Shown piece after piece: positions 53,852-63,848 of a DNA stretch of 64,000 nucleotides. Both the position numbers and the translations under genes were made by a program. Location of the stretch: the IMG/VR virus record IMGVR_UViG_3300031758_000006; one strand, written 5' to 3'. The notes beneath the pieces were generated by a model, which saw only the letters and a list, made by a program, of their open reading frames with translations, had not been told where the DNA came from and did no database searches. Source of the stretch: a virus. Every line of letters begins with the position of its first letter. Position 1 is the first letter of the stretch.

Positions 53852-54454
53852 TTATTTCCAAATCTCATTGGACTTCATATATCCTAGAACACAAGTGTAA
53901 GCGTCTGTCTGGTCGAAATTTTCCTTTTTTAGTGTGTTGTTTTTAGTGTATAACCACCTTATTTGTGGTTCTCTTTTAGCCACATGTTCCCAAATGATCA
54001 TTTTTTTATCAATATCTTTAGGTAACCCACCAAATAAGACGAATTTCTTTTTGTCGTTTTCTTGTACTAATTCCGGGAACGCGAATTTTCTTGAGTTATA
54101 TGTCGATATAAATTCTGGTATGATACCTAATATATTATATATTTCTTTAAAGATGAAACTATTAAACCTTAATAGTGTCTGAATTGTATATATATTGTTA
54201 GAATTTAATAATGGTTCCTCAATTATAACTTTAACAATTCCCAAATTTTTATATTCTTTTAATTTTTCTGAGAATATTTCAGATTTAAGTATCAATTCTT
54301 TTAACTTATCGTCGGGTACCGGTTTTGGTCTTGGTGATACGTGTGTCAACTCCAACAACTCTTGTGTTTTTATCTCAAATAGAGCCCAACCTATCGTTTT
54401 TGTTGATATATCTAGTCCCAAAACCTTCGGACTATTCTTAATACTTTTTGACAT
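53852..54454 (-). CDS. RuvC-like Holliday junction resolvase
   Basis: VLGLDISTKTIGWA, IIEEP, DQTDAY. Confidence 0.8.
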   Translation of the reverse strand: MSKSIKNSPKVLGLDISTKTIGWALFEIKTQELLELTHVSPRPKPVPDDKLKELILKSEIFSEKLKEYKNLGIVKVIIEEPLLNSNNIYTIQTLLRFNSFIFKEIYNILGIIPEFISTYNSRKFAFPELVQENDKKKFVLFGGLPKDIDKKMIIWEHVAKREPQIRWLYTKNNTLKKENFDQTDAYTCVLGYMKSNEIWK

Positions 54455-54507
54455 AATATTCTTTTTAATTTAAAAATAATATATATCGAAAAAAAATGAA
54501 TAATTTA

Positions 54508-57126
54508 TTAAAAATCTATTTTAACCAAATACTGTTGTATACCGGTTCTTAGTGTTGGTGATTGTAGTTTCGACATAACAAGTATATCTTTATTCTCATC
54601 CAATAGAGCTATTTCGGTAATATAAGATTTGGTTCCTGGGGTCCAGGTTGGGTTTGTTGTGTTTTGGAATTCAGTATCATTCAGATTTATCTTATACCTC
54701 ATCTCGTAAATTGTGGCTTGAATGTCTGACTCCAGTGATCCGTAAAAATAATATTCATCACCAAAATTTAAATTCAAACCGGTCGTTCCGTTAGGTACCA
54801 ATTCAACATAATCATTTAGGTTATAATACGGTGCTGTGTTATATAATTCGGGTGTAATTATAAATGTAGTCCCGGTAAGTGAAGTCTCCGTAACATACCC
54901 ATTTAAGAATTGATCTGAAATCGCTGATGTATAATCAATTATTTTCCAAAGTGATGAATCAGGTCTTTGACCTGTAGGTACTAATTGACATATAATTTCA
55001 AATGTATCAGCGTAATATCCGTTTGGAATGTCACAGGTTGTTGGACAAATTGTTGTTGTTTCGGTGACAACAGGATTAATTGTTGTTGTGGTGGTGACTG
55101 GTACATAGTCAGGTTGTGTTAAACATTGGAATTCCCCACCAAATCTAATCGCTACGTTTTTTGAAGTTTCTGGAGTACATATGTTACTTTCTGTTATTTT
55201 TGAGTAATAATTACAGTGTAGGGAGTTTGTGAAGTCCACAGTGTTTGATAACCTATATGTAACATACAACGTTTGACTACTACCTGTAATAATACCAGTT
55301 AAACTAGTTGTTATATCGCATGTATTTGGTGTTATTAGTGATATTTGTGGTGCTGGTAGTGTCCAATTCCTATTTGATTTGTATGACATAGCAGCTACCA
55401 ACTCTTCGTCATCAATTACCACCATTTTATTGTCTGGGAATACTTTACCAACTCTATTTGGTATACCATCAGAATTAGGGTTTGTGTCCCATAAATGGTA
55501 ATATCTAATTCCTGGTTGATTCATATCTGAATTCTTCTTGGATTTAATGTATTGTACCTTAAATAGGTCTTTATCATCAAATCCAGGTGGGTCAACCCAA
55601 AAAGTTTCACCAAAACAACATTCAGGGTTTTTGTGCCACATTAACCACGGAACATGGAATTTAAAATTCCTAGCTTGACCGGTAGTGTCCTGTGGGTTTG
55701 TTGGGTCGTATGGTTCCAACGCAAACTTTTCACCATAAAATAAATCTATGGTCTGGTTGGTGTAGTGTACTATTGAGACACATTTTTGTTCTTCTGGTTT
55801 AACCTCAATAATCTCATCAAATGAATTATAATAAAATGTTCTACTTGTATCTGACTGTCCCAAACTAGAGTTATAACCCAAATACTCTTTTGTACCTATG
55901 TAATCAATCGATCCAAACTTGGTATAATCCTCAAAAGTGTTATAATTTAATCCAGCTGGATTCTCCGTCCATGGAATATTCATATTCCAAATTTTAACAT
56001 CAAACTCATCAATATCACAAACAGTTTCAAAATTAATAGCGTCCGTACTCCAGTGTGGTCTAGGTGTTACACTGTCATATAAAGTCGTCATATTTGGTGG
56101 GTATATCAACGTTCTAGCGATACATCCAGGTAATAACCCAAGTAAATTTGGTGTTGGTCTATCTAAAGTTAACTTATTACCACAAACACCAACTATTTTA
56201 TAGGTTAGGATTGGATAACATGAATTTAATGACACTAAACAACTAACTTCTGGTTCTGGTGGACACACAGGTCTTGGACTTGGTGACAAACAAGGTGTTT
56301 TGGTTGGTGTAGGTGTTGGGGAAGGTGATATACAAGGGTAATCTTTTGTTGAACTTGGTGTGGGTGTTGGTGTGGGTGTTGGTGTTGGTGATGTTTCGGG
56401 TGATCCTAAACCATTTCCACCCCCATTTCCAATACCTAATGATGATTCATCACAATAAATTAAATTATCGTCATTTTCGGTCATTAGATTCTCAGTTAAT
56501 TCTGTTAAAATGTTACATGAGTCTATTGTCGGTGTTGGACTTGGTGTGGGTACTGGTAAATTTGTACATTCACAGTTATATGATGACTTTCCATCATAAA
56601 AAATAGTTATTATATCACCAACACTTGGTTTTTTAATGTTTGTTGTATTACAACCAGAGTATATGACATCAATAGTATTTGACCCGTCGAGTTTTGACAT
56701 GTCAACAACGTAGTTTGCACTTATAACATACCTATCACTAGTTAAAGCACTCCAACTAATTGTGTCAGCTGTTGTGTTCCCGGTAAAAAATCCTCTTAAT
56801 GGTGCTCTGTTATACACAGAATCAACCACCGAATCCATATATGGTATACCATATGTATTCCCACTAGTACCGTCAACAAAATATGGATATTTTATACTGT
56901 GTTTTGTTGATTGTGGAATACCTGTACTATTTTGTGTGTTAAATGGTGGTTCAAGTACATAACTATTGGGGTAGTTATATAACTCTGGTAGTTTGTTGTA
57001 CGATATTTCACTATCACCGATTTGGAAATACTTTATATTGAAGTTGCCCTGGGATAGTTTCTGTCTACCGGTATCTGTTACTCTGGTATTTACCAAACCA
57101 CTTGTATTTTTAATTATGTACGCCAT
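54508..57126 (-). CDS. Large putative baseplate/tail-collar-like structural protein with Pro/Thr insertions
   Basis: N-terminal TDTGRQKL and C-terminal YITEIALLDENKDILVMSKL..P; TATTTAT at 57133-57139. Confidence 0.6.
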   Translation of the reverse strand: MAYIIKNTSGLVNTRVTDTGRQKLSQGNFNIKYFQIGDSEISYNKLPELYNYPNSYVLEPPFNTQNSTGIPQSTKHSIKYPYFVDGTSGNTYGIPYMDSVVDSVYNRAPLRGFFTGNTTADTISWSALTSDRYVISANYVVDMSKLDGSNTIDVIYSGCNTTNIKKPSVGDIITIFYDGKSSYNCECTNLPVPTPSPTPTIDSCNILTELTENLMTENDDNLIYCDESSLGIGNGGGNGLGSPETSPTPTPTPTPTPSSTKDYPCISPSPTPTPTKTPCLSPSPRPVCPPEPEVSCLVSLNSCYPILTYKIVGVCGNKLTLDRPTPNLLGLLPGCIARTLIYPPNMTTLYDSVTPRPHWSTDAINFETVCDIDEFDVKIWNMNIPWTENPAGLNYNTFEDYTKFGSIDYIGTKEYLGYNSSLGQSDTSRTFYYNSFDEIIEVKPEEQKCVSIVHYTNQTIDLFYGEKFALEPYDPTNPQDTTGQARNFKFHVPWLMWHKNPECCFGETFWVDPPGFDDKDLFKVQYIKSKKNSDMNQPGIRYYHLWDTNPNSDGIPNRVGKVFPDNKMVVIDDEELVAAMSYKSNRNWTLPAPQISLITPNTCDITTSLTGIITGSSQTLYVTYRLSNTVDFTNSLHCNYYSKITESNICTPETSKNVAIRFGGEFQCLTQPDYVPVTTTTTINPVVTETTTICPTTCDIPNGYYADTFEIICQLVPTGQRPDSSLWKIIDYTSAISDQFLNGYVTETSLTGTTFIITPELYNTAPYYNLNDYVELVPNGTTGLNLNFGDEYYFYGSLESDIQATIYEMRYKINLNDTEFQNTTNPTWTPGTKSYITEIALLDENKDILVMSKLQSPTLRTGIQQYLVKIDF

Positions 57127-57140
57127 TTACGAATAAATAT

Positions 57141-59087
57141 TTAGAATATCTTTTTAGGTGGATTATTGACCAAAATTTCACAACAATCACAATTGGTAAC
57201 ATCTACCGTACCGATGGATAAAGACATACTCAAATTGTTTCCTTTACAGAACCCAATATTTGGTGTTAAAATGTCGTCGGTATATGTTCCAGTTATGGTG
57301 TTATTTCCGGTTATAACAAATGTTCCGGATCTATTATAGATTTCCTGGATACCAGTGAATAACGGTGGACAACCATTTAATGATGGTATTATAGCTGACG
57401 TACCGGAATCTATTGGTAATTGACCATAACCATTAACTGTCACCACACAATCGTATGTTGGTACCGGATCAATAGCTCTTTTCCAATATTTAAATACACT
57501 TTGTTGGTTTAATTCAAATGATATTGATGTCCCAATTGGTAGTGGGTTATCCAGTGATATTGTAAATGAATTTGTATTTACATCTAATGATAATGTTAGG
57601 TTATAGACCGATGTTGGTGCTGGTACTAATGTAGCTGTTGTGTTACTCACACTTCCTGTTGAATCTTTTACAAAGATCAAATAAGTTCCTGGTGATAGGT
57701 TCATAAATGTTGGTGCTAATTGATATGTCACTCCTCCATTTATTGAATATTCATATGGTGGTACACCTGTCGTTGCGTTAATAATTATACTACCATCATT
57801 ACCACATATTGGTTGACTTTCAACTACTTTGAAGTTTATTATTGATAGTGGTTTACACTGACCCACATTAACAATTACTGAGGATATTATTGACGCTCCA
57901 ACTGGTTGCCACCCAACGACTGGTGGTGTGACTGGATTTGAGTTTACGAATTGTCCAGGGAATGGTCCGTCAATAATCCAATTGGATGTTATTCCTGTGT
58001 TCCAATATAATTCATAATCACCACCTAGTGATAACCATTGTTGTTGACCATTTATTAATCCATTAGGGTATAATACTTCTTGATAAACCGTGTCTTTAAT
58101 CTCATATTCGTTTGTTATTAGATTGAATATTGCTATCGACTGAATATATGTTAAACATAAGGTTTCACCAAACGGTATTGTTGTTGTTGTGGTTACAGGT
58201 ATAAGTGTTGTTGTTGTAGTTACTTGTGATTCTAAAATACAGGTTGTTCTAACAATAAAATCACCATAATAATCGGTAACAGTTGCTGGATATTCACCAA
58301 CATTTAAATCACTTAACACCGTACTAACACTTCCATTTTCCCAATTTATTTGGTATGGTGGGGTTCCACCTGTAATTACCAATGTTAATAGACCATCAAA
58401 AGATGTATTGGTTGACGGGTCTACCGATAAACATTTAACACCCATGGGATATAATGTAAGTACGTCACACTCATTACCTCGTTTAATTGGTATTGGGTTT
58501 GGTTTAAAATATGGTATTGTTGTGGTTGTGGTTACATGTGGTATTTGAGTGGGTGTTGGGGTTGGTGTTGGGGTTGGTGTGGGTGACGGTGATATTGGTG
58601 GTTGTGGACACGGGTTTGATTGTTCACATAATACACAATGATAATATAAAACCTCATCAAACGATAATGTTGTCACATCCACATATAGGTCTGGATCACA
58701 ACTATAGATTGGTGGACTCTGGTTATTACCAAAACTAACCAATTCAAAACAACCACTAAAATTTTGGTTTGGGTTTGATGATGATATGGCTTGATTAAAA
58801 TAATACGTTTGTCCAATTGTGGCCGAACTAAACACTGGGGAGGTACTTACCCCCTTAAAGGATATTAGTTCCCCATCACAACAACCACTAAAACAATATG
58901 TGGTGTCTGTCTTATTATAAAATGATACAGTAACGTCAAGTGATGGTGATGTTACTGAAAATGAAAATAAAAAATAGGTCAGACTTGGTTGTAGGTTAAT
59001 AACCTTCGACGTACCGTATCCATCAACAAAATTAAATCCGTTATAAACTGTTGTTCCGGTATTTTTAACCGACCATATAGCACCCAT
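57141..59087 (-). CDS. Putative virion protein with SprB-like repeats and Pro/Thr linkers
   Basis: ITGGTPPYQINW..L..GEY..TVTD; GVPPYEYSING..L.PGTY...VKD; TATTTAT at 59101-59107. Confidence 0.7.
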   Translation of the reverse strand: MGAIWSVKNTGTTVYNGFNFVDGYGTSKVINLQPSLTYFLFSFSVTSPSLDVTVSFYNKTDTTYCFSGCCDGELISFKGVSTSPVFSSATIGQTYYFNQAISSSNPNQNFSGCFELVSFGNNQSPPIYSCDPDLYVDVTTLSFDEVLYYHCVLCEQSNPCPQPPISPSPTPTPTPTPTPTQIPHVTTTTTIPYFKPNPIPIKRGNECDVLTLYPMGVKCLSVDPSTNTSFDGLLTLVITGGTPPYQINWENGSVSTVLSDLNVGEYPATVTDYYGDFIVRTTCILESQVTTTTTLIPVTTTTTIPFGETLCLTYIQSIAIFNLITNEYEIKDTVYQEVLYPNGLINGQQQWLSLGGDYELYWNTGITSNWIIDGPFPGQFVNSNPVTPPVVGWQPVGASIISSVIVNVGQCKPLSIINFKVVESQPICGNDGSIIINATTGVPPYEYSINGGVTYQLAPTFMNLSPGTYLIFVKDSTGSVSNTTATLVPAPTSVYNLTLSLDVNTNSFTISLDNPLPIGTSISFELNQQSVFKYWKRAIDPVPTYDCVVTVNGYGQLPIDSGTSAIIPSLNGCPPLFTGIQEIYNRSGTFVITGNNTITGTYTDDILTPNIGFCKGNNLSMSLSIGTVDVTNCDCCEILVNNPPKKIF

Positions 59088-59116
59088 AGTGTTTTATTTA
59101 ATAAATAATCGTTTTT

Positions 59117-60088
59117 TTATTTTTTTAAGTATGACTTCATCACTTCTATGTATTTTATTGTGGAACTTTCCGGATCTATATAATCAAAATGTCTAATATC
59201 TTCCGATAATTTAACTAAAGGGTCGACATTAATGTAATCCCCTTTGTAGAATTTTGTACTTTTTAAATTTTCGGTAACACCAGCCATGTGTAATATTGGT
59301 GATTTTTCATATTTTTCTATTGTGTCAGTAGCCCAGGAAAAATCTAACTTATCGGTAACTTTAGTCTCAACATTATGTAACCATAAATTCCATAACAATG
59401 ACCACATTTCCGCTGTCCAAAACTGTATTTGACCTGGGTTTATTGGGAATCTTTTTTGGTAATCCATCATTTGATCGTATAGTGGTGTACAATCACAATA
59501 TATTTTACACCACAAATCACTATTCGTATTTTTAATTAAGTATTGACCACCACCTGAATTTTCCTGATTATCTTTTATTACATTAATGTCAATCCCAACA
59601 ACCTCAGCCATTTCCTCAAATAATTCATTTTTGTAAGTACTAATGTGTTGGTTTTCGTATTTACGACAACAACTTATTATATACTCATACCCAATGTATG
59701 AAATTGTATTTGACATGTATGTTATACCATCTTTCAATAATGAATCAAAATCTGGAAGTTCTCTGAAAATAATATCAGCGTCATGTAGAAAAAATAAGTC
59801 ACCTCGACTTTCATCTTCTTTAATCCATTTATGTATTAGAAATGGTTTAATACTGGGTATGTATGATTTTTTTTCCCTATCATCAATATAAAAGTGTACA
59901 TTAACACCCATGTCCCTTAATTTTTCACCTTCTTCTGAGGGTGTGTGGTTACCGTTAACTAATCCAAAAATTATATGAATATTTTCAGGTTTAATCCCGT
60001 TTTGTATGAAATTATGAACATATACCTTGGATTGCCAATGGAAGTATGGGACATCTGGTTGTGCCGTTACAAATAGAATATCTTTCAT
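59117..60088 (-). CDS. GT-A glycosyltransferase resembling plant SERGT1 (GT96) / HPAT (GT95) protein O-glycosyltransferases
   Basis: YFHWQ, Y.PSIKP...KWI, LHDADIIFR (DxD), GGGQY, WTAEMW, ILHM in the same order as the plant motifs. Confidence 0.7.
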   Translation of the reverse strand: MKDILFVTAQPDVPYFHWQSKVYVHNFIQNGIKPENIHIIFGLVNGNHTPSEEGEKLRDMGVNVHFYIDDREKKSYIPSIKPFLIHKWIKEDESRGDLFFLHDADIIFRELPDFDSLLKDGITYMSNTISYIGYEYIISCCRKYENQHISTYKNELFEEMAEVVGIDINVIKDNQENSGGGQYLIKNTNSDLWCKIYCDCTPLYDQMMDYQKRFPINPGQIQFWTAEMWSLLWNLWLHNVETKVTDKLDFSWATDTIEKYEKSPILHMAGVTENLKSTKFYKGDYINVDPLVKLSEDIRHFDYIDPESSTIKYIEVMKSYLKK

Positions 60089-60123
60089 AAATAAAATATA
60101 TTTGTAAAATGAACAAAGTGAAC

Positions 60124-61332
60124 CTAATAAATCTTATTTAAAACTAATATTTCAGTAAAAATGAAATTAGCTGCGTTTGTTGAATTGAACTGTGCTGTAA
60201 TGTCAAGTTGATTTGGGATTGTCGTATCAAAAGTAGTTTGATTTAAAGTACTAAAATTATCACCTTCAAAGGTACCACCGGCATTTTGTGTAAATGTAAA
60301 GAAACCCGAAGATTGTATTTTTGCATTTCCAGCAGTACCCACAGCTCTAATAGTAAATGTTACTTCAAAAGAAAAATGTGATGACGTAACATTTGGCATA
60401 TTAAGTGGTCCAACAACACCAAATTCAGCAGAACCTGATTTTACTCGTAGTGTTAAATCGTCACCATTGTTAGCACCTAAGTCACCGGATACCCTAACAA
60501 CAAAAGAATCACCAACAGAAAATCCGTTTGTTGGAACGTTTAATGTACCCACACCAGGTCCAATAATACTTAATTCTGATGTTGTGCCAGATACTGTAAT
60601 ACTATTTCCTGTTTGAGCATATAGACCAAAAACTGTTGGTCCAGGAATTGTTTTATATTTTACCATTCCAGATATGGTATCCCTAACTAAATAATCGGTA
60701 GCGGTTTGGTCCTGTGGTGGTGTATTCTTTATCAATAAATTATTTATATGTACCGTACAAGCTGATTGTGTTGATATGTTACTTCCGATTACTGTTGAAA
60801 AGTTATGATTTATCACGTTTCTACACCCTCCGACTATTGTCGAATAGCAAGAGTTTATTATATTCCCGTTAGCCAGTAATATTGACCCCCCACCAACAAT
60901 TGATGAAAAAGTACCATTAACAACATTTTGTATACCACCACCAATAAAATTATAATTACATAAAGTTTTATTACCCAACGCTGGACATGATCCACCACCA
61001 CCGGTTATCACGGATCTGTCCCCACTGACGGTGTTAAATCCACCTCCACCAACAAATCCAGCTAAACCTAATACAGTATTACTGATACCACCACTAACGA
61101 CAGAACAATTACCGGATGAGTCTGATGATGTCCCAATTCGTTGTGTTGAGTCCGTTCCGGGTCCAACTTCATATAATGTTGTTCCGGTAAATCCGGATAT
61201 TACTTGTTCAATTGTAGCTTTATATGAGGATCCAGCTGGGTTTCCTTGTGATATGTCGGTTGGTATTACGATGTGTATAAGATCGTTTAATGTTACACCA
61301 GAAGCTAATGTTTGGTCAGTTAAAAAAGCCAT
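60124..61332 (-). CDS. Gly-rich tail-fibre-like protein with GGxxN repeats
   Basis: Repeats like those in 1..2642; beta-rich C-terminal domain; TATTTAT at 61347-61353. Confidence 0.7.
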   Translation of the reverse strand: MAFLTDQTLASGVTLNDLIHIVIPTDISQGNPAGSSYKATIEQVISGFTGTTLYEVGPGTDSTQRIGTSSDSSGNCSVVSGGISNTVLGLAGFVGGGGFNTVSGDRSVITGGGGSCPALGNKTLCNYNFIGGGIQNVVNGTFSSIVGGGSILLANGNIINSCYSTIVGGCRNVINHNFSTVIGSNISTQSACTVHINNLLIKNTPPQDQTATDYLVRDTISGMVKYKTIPGPTVFGLYAQTGNSITVSGTTSELSIIGPGVGTLNVPTNGFSVGDSFVVRVSGDLGANNGDDLTLRVKSGSAEFGVVGPLNMPNVTSSHFSFEVTFTIRAVGTAGNAKIQSSGFFTFTQNAGGTFEGDNFSTLNQTTFDTTIPNQLDITAQFNSTNAANFIFTEILVLNKIY

Positions 61333-61353
61333 GTTATTTTTATTTTATAAATA

Positions 61354-61656
61354 TTACTGGAAGTCATAAATATCCCCAGACATAAAATAAAACTCAGTAC
61401 CGTCTTGGAATAGTTTTTCTGGGTCAAAGTTTTCACAATACAAAATATGGAATCTTTCACAACCGTCACTTGTGATAATTTTTAAACCGATAGCTGGTGC
61501 GGTGTCAAAAGATGGTGGTAAAATATAACTAACTATTGGTGGTACCGTACTAGTCAAATTATCCAATGAAATACAGTCATCACCAAAAACATTACAGACG
61601 TAGATCATATAGTTTGGTCCCAAACCGGTTATATTTGTTATAATAACTTGTGTCAT
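61354..61656 (-). CDS. Small putative structural protein, paralog of 51707..51928
   Basis: Start reassigned to MTQVII (TAATG overlap). Confidence 0.7.
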   Translation of the reverse strand: MTQVIITNITGLGPNYMIYVCNVFGDDCISLDNLTSTVPPIVSYILPPSFDTAPAIGLKIITSDGCERFHILYCENFDPEKLFQDGTEFYFMSGDIYDFQ

Positions 61657-63848
61657 TATGGAATTGTCGTTGTGGTGGTTATTGGTGGTAGTCCACAATC
61701 AATACATGATATATCATAAACTATTTTCAAGTTAATAATAAAATTAGACCCATCGTATTGGTTAAATGAATATGGTTGACAAGATTCTTGGATTTCGGCA
61801 CAATCGTTATATATTATAATTTCATTATTATTTACATCAAAATCAACATTACCAACACCTGGGAATTGTTGTAAAGTTTGTCTAACAGTATCTAGATATT
61901 GTAATTCGGTTGGGTAATCTGTAATTCCAGATGAGGTGTAGAACGTATTTTCAATCACGCTGTCGTCAATTTTAACCTCAACAATAAATTGAGCTGAGTT
62001 GATAATACATCCATAGTCGTTCAAAGTTAGATCATAAAAACCTTCATTAAACATTTGTAATATCCCCCGTTTACCTAATTGTCCGGTGTTTTTAAAAACT
62101 TTTTCACAAACCGTATATGTTTCATATGATGATACCAATTTAGTACCTTTTAAAATCACTGATTTAGTCAGTGAACATCCGTCCGAATCAACTACTTGTA
62201 GGGTATATGTACCCGCTGATAGGTTATTTATTGATGGTGTTGTTTGACCACCTGGTGACCAAAGATATGTAAACGGTGGTGAACCACTGGTTATCATCGT
62301 TGATATTTGACCATCATTACCTGTTACCGGATCAAACGGTAATAGAGTGAAAAATACATTTTGACTTGGGTTAACGTAGAAATTGGTTGTTTGAATACAT
62401 CCAACTGAGTCTAAAACATAAGCGGTGTATGTTCCAGGTGCTAACCCGTTAAAGGTGTTTGACACTTGGTATGGGTATGTAACGGGACTACTAGTTGGTC
62501 CAACAACTTGGTATGTATATGGGATAATCCCCCCAGTTGTAGCTATTATTTTAACTGACCCATTATTAAGTCCACAGGTTGTATTTGTTACGGTGGTGTT
62601 GACTCTAAATTTGTCAACATTTTTAATTTCAATTATTTCGGTATATGTACAAACACCATCATCAATTATCAATGTATAAATTCCACTGGATAATCCGTTA
62701 TAGTTAAATATTGTATTTTCATTAATGTCAAATACAGTATTCCCAGAGGAATCGATTAATTGGTAACTATATGTTCCGGATGGTACACCAGAATTTAGTG
62801 TAACACTTATAGACCCGTCTAAATTACTACAAAAAGAATTTGTTACCGTGATATTTGTCACACTAAAACTATTGGTGGTAATGACGTTTGTTGATCCAGA
62901 TGTTGCACAAAATCCAGAATCCTGGACAAACACATTAAATACACCTGACGACACATTTGTGAATGTATATGATGTTGAGAATGATATTATGTTTTCCCCG
63001 TTGGATCCTGAGTAGAAGAATGGTCCGGTTCCACCCAATAACTGTACTGTCACGTCACCATCACTACCAAAGCAACTGGGTTGGGTAGCTGTTATTAACC
63101 CAATACTCACATTATCTACTTTTCCAACACCTGTAATATTAGTTACGGAACAACCAAGTGAATCCGTAACTGTAACTGGGTAAAACCCTTCTGTTAGTCC
63201 GGTAATTGTTGATCCGGTTTGACCAATACAACTATATGTGTATGGTGGTGTGCCTGTAACCCCAGTTATATATATTTTACCATTTGGTATTCCAGAACAA
63301 CCATAGTTATCAACAACATATGTTCCAAAATTAAGGGTATTTGATGTGTATACTAATACGGTTTCACTTGTTCCGGAACATCCACCCTCATCACTTACTG
63401 TGACATAATATGTGTCAGCTGAAACTGGGTCAAATACCGCAAACGTACCACCATTTTTAACATCTAAAACATTACCTGATATATCATATAGGGTATAACT
63501 GTTAGACCCAAAAACTGATTGTGTTGTAGCGGTTATAGATCCGTTGTCATTCCCACATGTACTACCACTGGATGATAGACTTACGGTTATACCACTGGAA
63601 ATGTTAAACCCATATATACTTGGTGGATCTGGTGTAGCGTCTTGTATGTATACAAAATAACTAAACCCAGTTAGATTATTAGCTGAATAACCGGTCACAC
63701 CAACAGATGTTGGTAATAACCCAGTTGTTGTAGCTTCGTACACAGTGAACGTTGGACTATCCCCAGCTATATCAAATGATACCGCTCCTAAACCACTGTT
63801 GGTACAGTCCCCGGTTACGGATAAGTTATATATTGAAATGAATCCCAT
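61656..63848 (-). CDS. SprB-repeat putative virion protein
   Basis: Five or more C.G..DG.I.....GG..PY.Y...L..G.Y.V.V.D..GC units. Confidence 0.75.
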   Translation of the reverse strand: MGFISIYNLSVTGDCTNSGLGAVSFDIAGDSPTFTVYEATTTGLLPTSVGVTGYSANNLTGFSYFVYIQDATPDPPSIYGFNISSGITVSLSSSGSTCGNDNGSITATTQSVFGSNSYTLYDISGNVLDVKNGGTFAVFDPVSADTYYVTVSDEGGCSGTSETVLVYTSNTLNFGTYVVDNYGCSGIPNGKIYITGVTGTPPYTYSCIGQTGSTITGLTEGFYPVTVTDSLGCSVTNITGVGKVDNVSIGLITATQPSCFGSDGDVTVQLLGGTGPFFYSGSNGENIISFSTSYTFTNVSSGVFNVFVQDSGFCATSGSTNVITTNSFSVTNITVTNSFCSNLDGSISVTLNSGVPSGTYSYQLIDSSGNTVFDINENTIFNYNGLSSGIYTLIIDDGVCTYTEIIEIKNVDKFRVNTTVTNTTCGLNNGSVKIIATTGGIIPYTYQVVGPTSSPVTYPYQVSNTFNGLAPGTYTAYVLDSVGCIQTTNFYVNPSQNVFFTLLPFDPVTGNDGQISTMITSGSPPFTYLWSPGGQTTPSINNLSAGTYTLQVVDSDGCSLTKSVILKGTKLVSSYETYTVCEKVFKNTGQLGKRGILQMFNEGFYDLTLNDYGCIINSAQFIVEVKIDDSVIENTFYTSSGITDYPTELQYLDTVRQTLQQFPGVGNVDFDVNNNEIIIYNDCAEIQESCQPYSFNQYDGSNFIINLKIVYDISCIDCGLPPITTTTTIP

